Positions 25,126-38,137 of a stretch of 64,000 nucleotides of DNA are shown in pieces. Position 1 is the first letter of the stretch. Every line of letters begins with the position of its first letter. The stretch lies in the NCBI RefSeq assembly GCF_963921235.1, contig NC_086097.1, positions 144,586,001 through 144,650,000 on the forward strand, given 5' to 3'. The translations under genes and the position numbers were made by a program. The notes below the pieces were generated by a model. It was given only the letters and a program-made list of their open reading frames with translations. It was not told where the DNA came from and did no database searches. Source of the DNA: Mobula hypostoma. Its lineage: Eukaryota.

Positions 25126-26000
25126 GGGGCCTTCAAAAGTGAAACTTTCAGAGTACAAAGCTTGCAGGTGCCTGTAAGAATGAAAGGTAAAGGTAACAGG
25201 TGTAGGCTACCTTGGTTTTCAGGAGATGTTGAGGCCCTGATTAAGAGAGAAAAAAGGATGTGTATAGCAGGTATAGGCAGGTGGGAGCAAATGAGGTGTT
25301 TATGGAGTATAAAAGTGCCAAAGAACATTTAAGAAAAAAATCAGGAGGTCTGAAAGAAAGCATATATATTTTTGCATCTGTATTTACTTAGGAGGTGGAC
25401 ACAAAGTCTATATAAGTGAGACAAAGTTGCACCATCTTTGTGGGCCTGATGCAGATTATAGAGGAGGAGGTGTTTGCTGTCCCGAGGCATATCAGAATGG
25501 ATAAATTTCCAGGTCCTGACAAGGTGTTCCTTCAGACCCTGCAGGAGGCAAGTGCAGAAATTGCCAAGGCTCTAGCAGAGATATTTAAAACATCCTTTGC
25601 TCCAAGATAGGTACAAGAGGATAGCCAAAGATGTTCCACTGTTTAAGAAAGACTCGAAATATAAACTAGGAAATTCTAATTGTAGTAAAGTTATTGGTAG
25701 GTATTCTAAGAGACTGGATGTGTAAGTATATGGACAGACATGGACAGTCAGCACATTTGTCGATGATACCAAGATTGGGGTTGAAGTGGACAGTGAGGAA
25801 GGCTGTCATGGCTTGCAGAGTGACCTGCATCAGCTGGAGAAATGGGCTGATAAATTCTGGGAGACAGAGGCAACATGCACAAATCTCGTGGCAAGAAGGC
25901 TGATGTTTGACTTCATTTTGCAGATTAAAGCTTCCATTGTTCTCCAAGTAAAAAGACGAGAGAAATTGAAACATCAAGGAGAACATGAAAGGTGAGTGTC

Positions 26001-26284
26001 GACTGCCGGCCTTTTGATCGCTGGTGGGATCGCTCTGCTGCCAGAGAGGGGAGACTGCCTTTTGATCACTAGGAGATCGCTCTGCTGCCAGAGAGGGGAG
26101 ACTGCCTTTTGATCACTAGGAGATCGCTCTGCTGCCAGAGAGGGGAGACTGCCTTTTGATCACTAGGAGATCGCTCTGCTGCCAGAGAGGGGAGACTGCC
26201 TTTTGATCACTAGGAGATCGCTCTGCTGCCAGAGAGGGGAGACTGCCTTTTGATCACTAGGAGATCGCTCTGCTGCCAGAGAGC
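26001..26284 (+). repeat. 47-bp tandem repeat, ~6 copies
   Basis: Unit GACTGCCTTTTGATCACTAGGAGATCGCTCTGCTGCCAGAGAGGGGA starts at 26053, 26100, 26147, 26194 and 26241; a diverged 52-bp first copy starts at 26001. Confidence 0.97.
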
Positions 26285-26419
26285 AAAAGTCCTGCTGCTG
26301 TGCCTGAGATGTTACTCAGGTTCTCTGCATTTTGGATATAGACTTGGACTATAGGCTTCTCTCAGTCTGATAGTTATTTTGTATTCTGTGTTTTTCACCC
26401 AATATTTCTTAATTTTTTT

Positions 26420-29400
26420 GTGTGCGGGGAGGAGGATTTGGGGGTCAACGTACCTATTCTGTCTTTGTTTTTGGGTGGGGAGGAGGATTTGAGGGTCAAT
26501 GTACCTGTTCTGTCTTTGTTTGTGTGCGGGGAGGAGGATTTGGGGGTCAATGTACCTGTTCTGTCTTTGATTTTGTGCGGGGAGGAGGGATTTGGGGGTC
26601 AATGTACCTGTTCTGTCTTTGATTTTGTGCGGAAAGGAGGGATTTGGGGGTCAATGTACCTGTTCTGTCTTTGTTTTTGTGCGGGGAGGAGGGATTTGGG
26701 TGTCAATGTACCTGTTCTGTTTTTGTTTTTGTGCGGGGAGGAGGGATTTGGGTGTCAATGTACCTGTTCTGTCTTTGTTTTTGTGCAGGGAGGAGGGATT
26801 TGGGGGTCAATGTACCTGTTCTGTCTTTGATTTTGTGCGGGGAGGAGGGATTTGGGGGTCAATGTACCTGTTCTGTCTTTGTTTTTGTGCAGGGAGGAGG
26901 GATTTGGGGGTCAATGTATCTGTTCTGTCTTTGATTTTGTGCGGGGAGGAGGGATTTGGGGGTCAATGTACCTGTTCTGTCTTTGTTTTTGTGCGGGGAG
27001 GAGGGATTTGGGGGTCAATGTACCTGTTCTGTCTTTGTGTGCAGGGAGGAGGGATTTGGGGGTCAATGTACCTGTTCTGTCTTTGTTTTTGTGCAGGGAG
27101 GAGGGATTTGGGGGTCAATGTACCTGTTCTGTCTTTGTTTTTGTGCGGGGAGGAGGGATTTGGGGGTCAATGTACCTGTTCTGTCTTTGTGTGCAGGGAG
27201 GAGGGATTTGGGTGTCAATGTACCTGTTCTGTCTTTGTTTTTGTGCAGGGAGGAGGGATTTGGGGGTCAATGTACCTGTTCTGTCTTTGTTTTTGTGCAG
27301 GGAAGAGGGATTTGGGGGTCAATGTACCTGTTCTGTCTTTGATTTTGTGCGGGGAGGAGGGATTTGGGGGTCAATGTACCTGTTCTGTCTTTGTTTTTGT
27401 GCAGGGAGGAGGGATTTGGGGGTCAATGTACCTGTTCTGTCTTTGATTTTGTGCAGGGAGGAGGGATTTGGGGGTCAATGTACCTGTTCTGTCTTTGATT
27501 TTGTGCGGGGAGGAGGGATTTGGGGGTTAATGTACCTGTTCTGTCTTTGATTTTGTGCGGAAAGGAGGGATTTGGGGGTCAATGTACCTGTTCTGTCTTT
27601 GATTTTGTGCGGGGAGGAGGGATTTGGGGGTCAATGTACCTGTTCTGTCTTTGTTTTTGTGCGGGGAGGAGGGATTTTGGGGGTCAATGTACCTGTTCTG
27701 TCTTTGTTTGTGTGTGGGGAGGAGGATTTGGGGGTCAATGTACCTGTTCTGTCTTTGTTTTTGTGCGGGGAGGAGGGATTTGGGGGTCAATGTACCTGTT
27801 CTGTCTTTGTGTGCAGGGAGGAGGGATTTGGGGGTCAATGTACCTGTTCTGTCTTTGTTTTTGTGCGGGGAGGAGGGATTTTGGGGGTCAATGTACCTGT
27901 TCTGTCTTTGTTTGTGTGCGGGGAGGAGGATTTGGGGGTCAATGTACCTGTTCTGTCTTTGATTTTGTGCGGGGAGGAGGGATTTGGGGGTCAATGTACC
28001 TGTTCTGTCTTTGTTTTTGTGCGGGGAGGAGGGATTTGGGGGTTAATGTACCTGTTCTGTCTTTGTGTGCAGGGAGGAGGGATTTGGGGGTCAATGTACC
28101 TGTTCTGTCTTTGTGTGCAGGGAGGAGGGATTTGAGGGTCAATGTACCTGTTCTGTCTTTGATTTTGTGCGGGGAGGAGGGATTTGGGGGTCAATGTACC
28201 TGTTCTGTCTTTGTGTGCAGGGAGGAGGGATTTGGGTGTCAATGTACCTGTTCTGTCTTTGTTTTTGTGCAAGGAAGAGGGATTTGGGGGTCAATGTACC
28301 TGTTCTGTCTTTGTGTGCAGGGAGGAGGGATTTGGGTGTCAATGTACCTGTTCTGTCTTTGTTTTTGTGCAAGGAAGAGGGATTTGGGGGTCAATGTACC
28401 TGTTCTGTCTTTGATTTTGTGCGGGGAGGAGGGATTTGGGGGTCAATGTACCTGTTCTGTCTTTGTTTTTGTGCAGGGAGGAGGGATTTGGGGGTCAATG
28501 TACCTGTTCTGTCTTTGTTTGTGTGCGGGGAGGAGGATTTGGGGGTCAATGTACCTGTTCTGTCTTTGATTTTGTGCGGGGAGGAGGGATTTGGGGGTCA
28601 ATGTACCTGTTCTGTCTTTGATTTTGTGCGGAAAGGAGGGATTTGGGGGTCAATGTACCTGTTCTGTCTTTGTTTTTGTGCGGGGAGGAGGGATTTGGGT
28701 GTCAATGTACCTGTTCTGTTTTTGTTTTTGTGCGGGGAGGAGGGATTTGGGTGTCAATGTACCTGTTCTGTCTTTGTTTTTGTGCAGGGAGGAGGGATTT
28801 GGGGGTCAATGTACCTGTTCTGTCTTTGATTTTGTGCGGGGAGGAGGGATTTGGGGGTCAATGTACCTGTTCTGTCTTTGTTTTTGTGCAGGGAGGAGGG
28901 ATTTGGGGGTCAATGTATCTGTTCTGTCTTTGATTTTGTGCGGGGAGGAGGGATTTGGGGGTCAATGTACCTGTTCTGTCTTTGTTTTTGTGCGGGGAGG
29001 AGGGATTTGGGGGTCAATGTACCTGTTCTGTCTTTGTGTGCAGGGAGGAGGGATTTGGGGGTCAATGTACCTGTTCTGTCTTTGTTTTTGTGCAGGGAGG
29101 AGGGATTTGGGGGTCAATGTACCTGTTCTGTCTTTGTTTTTGTGCGGGGAGGAGGGATTTGGGGGTCAATGTACCTGTTCTGTCTTTGTGTGCAGGGAGG
29201 AGGGATTTGGGTGTCAATGTACCTGTTCTGTCTTTGTTTTTGTGCAGGGAGGAGGGATTTGGGGGTCAATGTACCTGTTCTGTCTTTGTTTTTGTGCAGG
29301 GAAGAGGGATTTGGGGGTCAATGTACCTGTTCTGTCTTTGATTTTGTGCGGGGAGGAGGGATTTGGGGGTCAATGTACCTGTTCTGTCTTTGTTTTTGTG

Positions 29401-32400
29401 CAGGGAGGAGGGATTTGGGGGTCAATGTACCTGTTCTGTCTTTGATTTTGTGCAGGGAGGAGGGATTTGGGGGTCAATGTACCTGTTCTGTCTTTGATTT
29501 TGTGCGGGGAGGAGGGATTTGGGGGTTAATGTACCTGTTCTGTCTTTGATTTTGTGCGGAAAGGAGGGATTTGGGGGTCAATGTACCTGTTCTGTCTTTG
29601 ATTTTGTGCGGGGAGGAGGGATTTGGGGGTCAATGTACCTGTTCTGTCTTTGTTTTTGTGCGGGGAGGAGGGATTTTGGGGGTCAATGTACCTGTTCTGT
29701 CTTTGTTTGTGTGTGGGGAGGAGGATTTGGGGGTCAATGTACCTGTTCTGTCTTTGTTTTTGTGCGGGGAGGAGGGATTTGGGGGTCAATGTACCTGTTC
29801 TGTCTTTGTGTGCAGGGAGGAGGGATTTGGGGGTCAATGTACCTGTTCTGTCTTTGTTTTTGTGCGGGGAGGAGGGATTTTGGGGGTCAATGTACCTGTT
29901 CTGTCTTTGTTTGTGTGCGGGGAGGAGGATTTGGGGGTCAATGTACCTGTTCTGTCTTTGATTTTGTGCGGGGAGGAGGGATTTGGGGGTCAATGTACCT
30001 GTTCTGTCTTTGTTTTTGTGCGGGGAGGAGGGATTTGGGGGTTAATGTACCTGTTCTGTCTTTGTGTGCAGGGAGGAGGGATTTGGGGGTCAATGTACCT
30101 GTTCTGTCTTTGTGTGCAGGGAGGAGGGATTTGAGGGTCAATGTACCTGTTCTGTCTTTGATTTTGTGCGGGGAGGAGGGATTTGGGGGTCAATGTACCT
30201 GTTCTGTCTTTGTGTGCAGGGAGGAGGGATTTGGGTGTCAATGTACCTGTTCTGTCTTTGTTTTTGTGCAAGGAAGAGGGATTTGGGGGTCAATGTACCT
30301 GTTCTGTCTTTGTGTGCAGGGAGGAGGGATTTGGGTGTCAATGTACCTGTTCTGTCTTTGTTTTTGTGCAAGGAAGAGGGATTTGGGGGTCAATGTACCT
30401 GTTCTGTCTTTGATTTTGTGCGGGGAGGAGGGATTTGGGGGTCAATGTACCTGTTCTGTCTTTGTTTTTGTGCAGGGAGGAGGGATTTGGGGGTCAATGT
30501 ACCTGTTCTGTCTTTGATTTTGTGCAGGGAGGAGGGATTTGGGGGTCAATGTACCTGTTCTGTCTTTGATTTTGTGCAGGGAGGAGGGATTTGGGGGTCA
30601 ATGTACCTGTTCTGTCTTTGATTTTGTGCGGAAAGGAGGGATTTGGGGGTCAATGTACCTGTTCTGTCTTTGATTTTGTGCGGGGAGGAGGGATTTGGGG
30701 GTCAATGTACCTGTTCTGTCTTTGTATTTGTGCGGGGAGGAGGGATTTGGGGGTCAATGTATCTGTTCTGTCTTTGTGTGCAGGGAGGAGGGATTTGGGG
30801 GTTAATGTACCTGTTCTGTCTTTGTTTTTGTGCAGGGAGGAGGGATTTGGGGGTCAATGTACCTGTTCTGTCTTTGATTTTGTGCGGGGAGGAGGGATTT
30901 GGGGGTCAATGTACCTGTTCTGTCTTTGTTTTTGTGCGGGGAGGAGGGATTTTGGGGGTCAATGTACCTGTTCTGTCTTTGTTTTTGTGCAGGGAGGAGG
31001 GATTTGGGGGTCAATGTACCTGTTCTGTCTTTGATTTTGTGCAGGGAGGAGGGATTTGGGGGTCAATGTACCTGTTCTGTCTTTGATTTTGTGCGGGGAG
31101 GAGGGATTTGGGGGTCAATGTACCTGTTCTGTCTTTGATTTTGTGCGGAAAGGAGGGATTTCGGGGTCAATGTACCTGTTCTGTCTTTGATTTTGTGCGG
31201 GGAGTAGGGATTTGGGGGTCAATGTACCTGTTCTGTCTTTGTTTTTGTGCGGGGAGGAGGGATTTGGGGGTCAATGTACCTGTTCTGTCTTTGTGTGCAG
31301 GGAGGAGGGATTTGGGGGTCAATGTACCTGTTCTGTCTTTGTGTGCAGGGAGGAGGGATTTGGGTGTCAATGTACCTGTTCTGTCTTTGTTTTTGTGCAG
31401 GGAGGAGGGATTTGGGGGTCAATGTACCTGTTCTGTCTTTGTTTTTGTGCGGGGAGGAGGGATTTGGGGGTCAATGTACCTGTTCTGTCTTTGTGTGCAG
31501 GGAGGAGGGATTTGAGGGTCAATGTACCTGTTCTGTCTTTGTGTGCAGGGAGGAGGGATTTGAGGGTCAATGTACCTGTTCTGTCTTTGTTTTTGTGCGG
31601 GGAGGAGGGATTTGGGGGTCAATGTACCTGTTCTGTCTTTGTTTTTGTGCAGGGAGGAGGGATTTGGGTGTCAATGTACCTGTTCTGTCTTTGTTTTTGT
31701 GCAGGGAGGAGGGATTTGGGGGTCAATGTACCTGTTCTGTCTTTGTTTTTGTGCAAGGAAGAGGGATTTGGGGGGTCAATGTACCTGTTCTGTCTTTGAT
31801 TTTGTGCGGGGAGGAGGGATTTGGGGGTCAATGTACCTGTTCTGTCTTTGTTTTTGTGCAGGGAGGAGGGATTTGGGGGTCAATGTACCTGTTCTGTCTT
31901 TGATTTTGTGCAGGGAGGAGGGATTTGGGGGTCAATGTACCTGTTCTGTCTTTGATTTTGTGCGGGGAGGAGGGATTTGGGGGTCAATGTACCTGTTCTG
32001 TCTTTGATTTTGTGCGGGGAGGAGGGATTTGGGGGTCAATGTACCTGTTCTGTCTTTGATTTTGTGCGGGGAGGAGGGATTTGGGGGTCAATGTACCTGT
32101 TCTGTCTTTGTATTTGTGCGGGAAGGAGGGATTTGGGGGTCAATGTACCTGTTCTGACTTTGTGTGCAGGGAGGAGGGATTTGGGGGTCAATGTACCTGT
32201 TCTGTCTTTGTTTTTGTGCAGGGAGGAGGGATTTGGGGGTCAATGTACCTGTTCTGTCTTTGATTTTGTGCGGGGAGGAGGGATTTGGGGGTCAATGTAC
32301 CTGTTCTGTCTTTGTTTTTGTGCGGGGAGGAGGGATTTTGGGGGTCAATGTACCTGTTCTGTCTTTGTTTTTGTGCAGGGAGGAGGGATTTGGGGGTCAA

Positions 32401-35400
32401 TGTACCTGTTCTGTCTTTGTTTTTGTGCAGGGAGGAGGGATTTGGGGGTCAATGTACCTGTTCTGTCTTTGATTTTGTGCGGGGAGGAGGGATTTGGGGG
32501 TCAATGTACCTGTTCTGTCTTTGATTTTGTGCGGGGAGGAGGGATTTGGGGGTCAATGTACCTGTTCTGTCTTTGATTTTGTGCGGAAAGAAGGGATTTG
32601 GGGGTCAATGTACCTGTTCTGTCTTTGATTTTGTGCGGGGAGGAGGGATTTGGGGGTCAATGTACCTGTTCTGTCTTTGATTTTGTGCGGGGAGGAGGGA
32701 TTTGGGGGTCAATGTACCTGTTCTGTCTTTGTTTTTGTGCGGGGAGGAGGGATTTGGGGGTCAATGTACCTGTTCTGTCTTTGATTTTGTGCGGGGAGGA
32801 GGGATTTGGGGGTCAATGTACCTGTTCTGTCTTTGTTTTTGTGCAGGGAGGAGGGATTTGGGGGTCAATGTACCTGTTCTGTCTTTGATTTTGTGCGGGG
32901 AGGAGGGATTTGGGGGTCAATGTACCTGTTCTGTCTTTGTTTTTGTGCGGGGAGGAGGGATTTTGGGGGTCAATGTACCTGTTCTGTCTTTGTTTGTGTG
33001 CGGGGAGGAGGGATTTGGGGGTCAATGTACCTGTTCTGTCTTTGATTTTGTGCGGGGAGGAGGGATTTGGGGGTCAATGTACCTGTTCTGTCTTTGTTTT
33101 TGTGCGGGGAGGAGGGATTTGGGGGTCAATGTACCTGTTCTGTCTTTGATTTTGTGCGGGGAGGAGGGATTTGGGGGTCAATGTACCTGTTCTGTCTTTG
33201 TTTTTGTGCAGGGAGGAGGGATTTGGGGGTCAATGTACCTGTTCTGTCTTTGTTTTTGTGCGGGGAGGAGGGATTTGGGGGTCAATGTACCTGTTCTGTC
33301 TTTGTTTTTGTGCGGGGAGGAGGGATTTGGGGGTCAATGTACCTGTTCTGTCTTTGTGTGCAGGGAGGAGGGATTTGGGTGTCAATGTACCTGTTCTGTC
33401 TTTGTTTTTGTGCAAGGAAGAGGGATTTGGGGGTCAATGTACCTGTTCTGTGTTTGTGTGCAGGGAGGAGGGATTTGGGTGTCAATGTACCTGTTCTGTC
33501 TTTGTTTTTGTGCAAGGAAGAGGGATTTGGGGGTCAATGTACCTGTTCTGTCTTTGATTTTGTGCGGGGAGGAGGGATTTGGGGGTCAATGTACCTGTTC
33601 TGTCTTTGTTTTTGTGCAGGGAGGAGGGATTTGGGGGTCAATGTACCTGTTCTGTCTTTGATTTTGTGCAGGGAGGAGGGATTTGGGGGTCAATGTACCT
33701 GTTCTGTCTTTGATTTTGTGCAGGGAGGAGGGATTTGGGGGTCAATGTACCTGTTCTGTCTTTGATTTTGTGCGGAAAGGAGGGATTTGGGGGTCAATGT
33801 ACCTGTTCTGTCTTTGATTTTGTGCGGGGAGGAGGGATTTGGGGGTCAATGTACCTGTTCTGTCTTTGTATTTGTGCGGGGAGGAGGGATTTGGGGGTCA
33901 ATGTACCTGTTCTGTCTTTGTAATGTACCTGTTCTGTCTTTGTTTTGTGCGGGAGGAGGGATTTGGGGGTCAATGTACCTGTTCTGTCTTTGTTTTTGTG
34001 CAGGGAGGAGGGATTTGGGGGTCAATGTACCTGTTCTGTCTTTGATTTTGTGCGGGGAGGAGGGATTTGGGGGTCAATGTACCTGTTCTGTCTTTGTTTT
34101 TGTGCGGGGAGGAGGGATTTGGGGGTCAATGTACCTGTTCTGTCTTTGTTTTTGTGCAGGGAGGAGGGATTTGGGGGTCAATGTACCTGTTCTGTCTTTG
34201 TTTTGTGCAGGGGAGGGATTTGGGGGTCAATGATACCTGTTCTGTCTTTGTTTTGTGCAGGGAGGAGGGATTTGGGGGTCAATGTACCTGTTCTGTCTTT
34301 GATTTTGTGCGGGGAGGAGGGATTTGGGGGTCAATGTACCTGTTCTGTCTTTGATTTTGTGCGGAAGCAGGGAGGAGGGATTTGGGGGTCAATGTACCTG
34401 TTCTGTCTTTGATTTTGTGCGGGGAGGAGGGATTTGGGGGTCAATGTACCTGTTCTGTCTTTGTTTTTGTGCGGGGAGGAGGGATTTGGGGGTCAATGTA
34501 CCTGTTCTGTCTTTGTGTGCAGGGAGGAGGGATTTGGGGGTCAATGTACCTGGTCTGTCTTTGATTTTGGGCAGGGAGGAGGGATTTGGGTGTCAATGTA
34601 CCTGTTCTGTCTTTGTTTTTGTGCAGGGAAGAGGGATTTGGGGGTCAATGTACCTGTTCTGTCTTTGTTTTTGTGCAGGGAGGAGGGATTTGGGGGTCAA
34701 TGTACCTGTTCTGTCTTTGTTTTTGTGCAGGGAAGAGGGATTTGGGGGTCAATGTACCTGTTCTGTCTTTGTTTTTGTGCAGGGAAGAGGGATTTGGGGG
34801 TCAATGTACCTGTTCTGTCTTTGATTTTGTGCGGGGAGGAGGGATTTGGGGGTCAATGTACCTGTTCTGTCTTTGTTTTTGTGCAGGGAGGAGGGATTTG
34901 GGGGTCAATGTACCTGTTCTGTCTTTGATTTTGTGCAGGGAGGAGGGATTTGGGGGTCAATGTACCTGTTCTGTCTTTGATTTTGTGCGGGGAGGAGGGA
35001 TTTGGGGGTCAATGTACCTGTTCTGTCTTTGATTTTGTGCGGAAAGGAGGGATTTGGGGGTCAATGTACCTGTTCTGTCTTTGATTTTGTGCGGGGAGGA
35101 GGGATTTGGGGGTCAATGTACCTGTTCTGTCTTTGTTTTTGTGCGGGGAAGAGGGATTTGGGGGTCAATGTACCTGTTCTGTCTTTGTTTTTGTGCAGGG
35201 AGGAGGGATTTGGGGGTCAATGTACCTGTTCTGTCTTTGTTTTTGTGCGGGGAGGAGGGATTTGGGGGTCAATGTACCTGTTCTGTCTTTGTGTGCAGGG
35301 AGGAGGGATTTGGGTGTCAATGTACCTGTTCTGTCTTTGTTTTTGTGCAGGGAGGAGGGATTTGAGGGTCAATGTACCTGTTCTGTCTTTGTTTTTGTGC

Positions 35401-36560
35401 AGGGAGGAGGGATTTGGGGGTCAATGTACCTGTTCTGTCTTTGTTTTTGTGCAGGGGGGAGGGATTTGGGGGTCAATGTACCTGTTCTGTCTTTGATTTT
35501 GTGCGGGGAGGAGGGATTTGGGGGTCAATGTACCTGTTCTGTCTTTGATTTTGTGCGGGGAGGAGGGATTTGGGGGTCAATGTACCTGTTCTGTCTTTGA
35601 TTTTGTGCGGAAAGGAGGGATTTGGGGGTCAATGTACCTGTTCTGTCTTTGTTTTTGTGCAGGGAGGAGTGATTTGGGGGTCAATGTACCTGTTCTGTCT
35701 TTGATTTTGTGCGGGGAGGAGGGATTTGGGGGTCAATGTACCTGTTCTGTCTTTGTTTTTGTGCAGGGAGGAGGGATTTGGGGGTCAATGTACCTGTTCT
35801 GTCTTTGTTTTTGTGCAGGGAGGATTGTTTGGGGGTCAATGTACCTGTTCTGTCTTTGTTTTTGTGCAGGGAGGAGGGATTTGGGGGTCAATGTACCTGT
35901 TCTGTCTTTGTTTTTGTGCAGGGAGGAGGGATTTGGGGGTCAATGTACCTGTTCTGTCTTTGTTTTTGTGCAGGGAGGAGGGATTTGGGGGTCAATGTAC
36001 CTGTTCTGTCTTTGTTTTTGTGCAGGGAGGAGGGATTTGGGGGTCAATGTATCTGTTCTGTCTTTGTTTTTGTGCAGGGAGGAGGATTTGGGGGTCAATG
36101 TACCTGTTCATTCTTTGTTTTTGTGCAGGGAGGAGGATTTGGGGGTCAATGTACCTATTCTGTCTTTGTTTTTGTGCAGGGAGGAGGGATTTGGTGGTCA
36201 ATGTACCTGTTCTGTCTTTGTTTTTGTGCAGGGAGGAGGGATTTGGGGGTCAATGTACCTGTTCTGTCTTTGTTTTTGTGCAGGGAGGAGGGATTTGGGG
36301 GTCAATGTACCTGTTCTGTCTTTGTTTTTGTGCAGGGAGGATTGTTTGGGGGTCAATGTACCTGTTCTGTCTTTGTTTTTGTGCAGGGAGGAGGGATTTG
36401 GGGGTCAATGTACCTGTTCTGTCTTTGTTTTTGTGCAGGGAGGAGGGATTTGGGGGTCAATGTACCTGTTCTGTCTTTGTTTTTGTGCAGGGAGGAGGGA
36501 TTTGGGGGTCAATGTACCTGTTCTGTCTTTGTTGTTGTGCTGGGAGGAGGGATTTGGGGG
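26420..36560 (+). repeat. ~10.1-kb minisatellite, 52-bp unit (48-53 bp variants), roughly 195-200 copies
   Basis: Consensus GTCAATGTACCTGTTCTGTCTTTG(T/A)TTTTGTGC(G/A)GGGAGGAGGGATTTGGGG repeated head to tail. Confidence 0.99.
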
Positions 36561-38137
36561 ATGATGATTGTGCTGCCTTTCTTTTCTTTCTTGGTTTCAT
36601 GGTGATGTGGAAAAGAAGAATTTCAGAGTTGTATACTTTGATAATGAATGAACGTTTGATATGGCAGATGTAATTTAATACAGGAAAGTGCGAGATGTTG
36701 TTAGGAACAACCAGGGTAGTTCTTACACACTGAACAACAGGGCTCTGAGGAGTGTAGTAGAGCAAAGGATTTGGGAATACAGGTCCATAATTGGTTGAAG
36801 GTAGCGTCACAGGTAGATAGAACTGTAAAGAAAGCTTTTGGCACATTGGCCTTCATAAATCAAAGTACCGTGTACAGGAGAAGGGATATAATGTTAAAAT
36901 TGTATAAGACATTGGTGAGGCCTAATTTGGTGTATTGTGTGCAGTTTTGTTCACCTACCTACAGGAAAGATGTAAATAAGTTTGAAAGAGTACAGAGCAA
37001 ATTTACAAGAATGCTGCCGGGTCTAGAGGATCTGCGTTATAAGGAAAGAATGAATAGGTTAGGACTTTATTCCGTGAAACATAGAAGATTGAGAGGAGAT
37101 TTGATAGAGGTACTCAAAAATATGAGGGGCTTGATATGGTTATTGCAAGCAGGCTTTTTCCGCTGAGGTTGAGTGGAACTACAACTAGAGGTCATGGGTT
37201 AAGGGTAAAAGGTGAAAAGCTTAAGGGAGCATGGAGTAAGCTTCTTCACTTAGAGGGTCGTCAGAATGTAAAACACGTTCGGCACAAGTAGTGCATGTGA
37301 GCTTGATATCAAAGCTTGAGAAGTTTAGATAGGTACATGGATATTAGAGGTATGGAGGGCTATGTTCCCAGTGCAGGTCGATGGGAGTAGGAAGTTTAAA
37401 TGGTTTCAGTATGGACTGGATGGGCCAAACTTCCTGTTTCTGTGCTGTACTTCTCTATGACTTTATAATTCTATGACTGTAAAAATAGGAGAGAAACAAA
37501 ATAATACCATAATTATGAGGTTCAAAACACTGCAGATGGTGGAGACCTGAAATAAAACAATGAGCGCTGGAAATACTCAACATGTGGAGAGAGAAAAAGA
37601 ACTTACAGGTGGATAACACTTTATCAAAGCTTGAATGAAACTGGAAAAGATGATTATCTGACATTGCTAAATTCGATGCTAAGCCTGAGGGTCATAACTT
37701 GTTTAGTAAGAAGGTCCTAATGCATGAGCTATTGTGGGTTTTCCAGGAATACCAGCTTGAGGAATATCATTTCATCTTCTGATGAGGTGTGTTACATCCC
37801 TGACAACTTCATACTCCGTTCAAAATTTTCAGGTAAACAGCTATCCAGTTTGCCACAAAAGTGACCAATTCTGAAGGTAAGACATCAATTTGTAATATCA
37901 AACATATTCTTTTTCCACAGATGATGTCTAACCTGATTTTTTTTTGTATGATCTGTTTTAATTTCATTTCTAGTGTTTTACAGTGATTTGTCCCGCACAA
38001 ATTTGGCATTGTTCTTTTATTCTCTCCATCCTTCTCTATTCTCATAAATCTCCTCCCGGACAAATCAGCTGAAATTAACAAGCCTTAACCATTATCCCTT
38101 GGCTGGCTCCAGCACAGCTTTTGTCATATAACCTCTC

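Larger units (their letters stand above)
25856..36660 (+). mobile_element. Non-autonomous retroelement (~0.7 kb outside the main array) carrying two internal tandem arrays
   Basis: Cleanly interrupts CR1 coding sequence with an AT overlap at the junctions. Its 3' end GAAGAATTTCAGAGTTGTATACTTTGATAAT...TTTGA resembles the Rex-like LINE 3' end at 45043-45120 (-). Confidence 0.75.
25126..37460 (+). mobile_element. CR1 LINE with internal deletions, split by a 10.8-kb insertion (CR1 parts 25126-25855 and 36661-37460)
   Basis: Left part ends ...DLHQLEKWADK and right part resumes WQM*FN..KC, then KLYKTLVRPNLVYCVQF, LGLYSVKHRRLRGDLIEV and a TTCTATG-type tail. Confidence 0.9.

Noticed and set aside
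26001..36560. CRISPR-like regular repeats
   Set aside because: Units are head to tail with no unique spacers, there are no cas genes, and the context is eukaryotic.
26312..36846. Dozens of long Cys/Gly/Val/Phe-rich ORFs (up to 349 aa) and their antisense partners
   Set aside because: They are translations of the 52-bp tandem unit, overlap in all frames and have no credible start or splice context.
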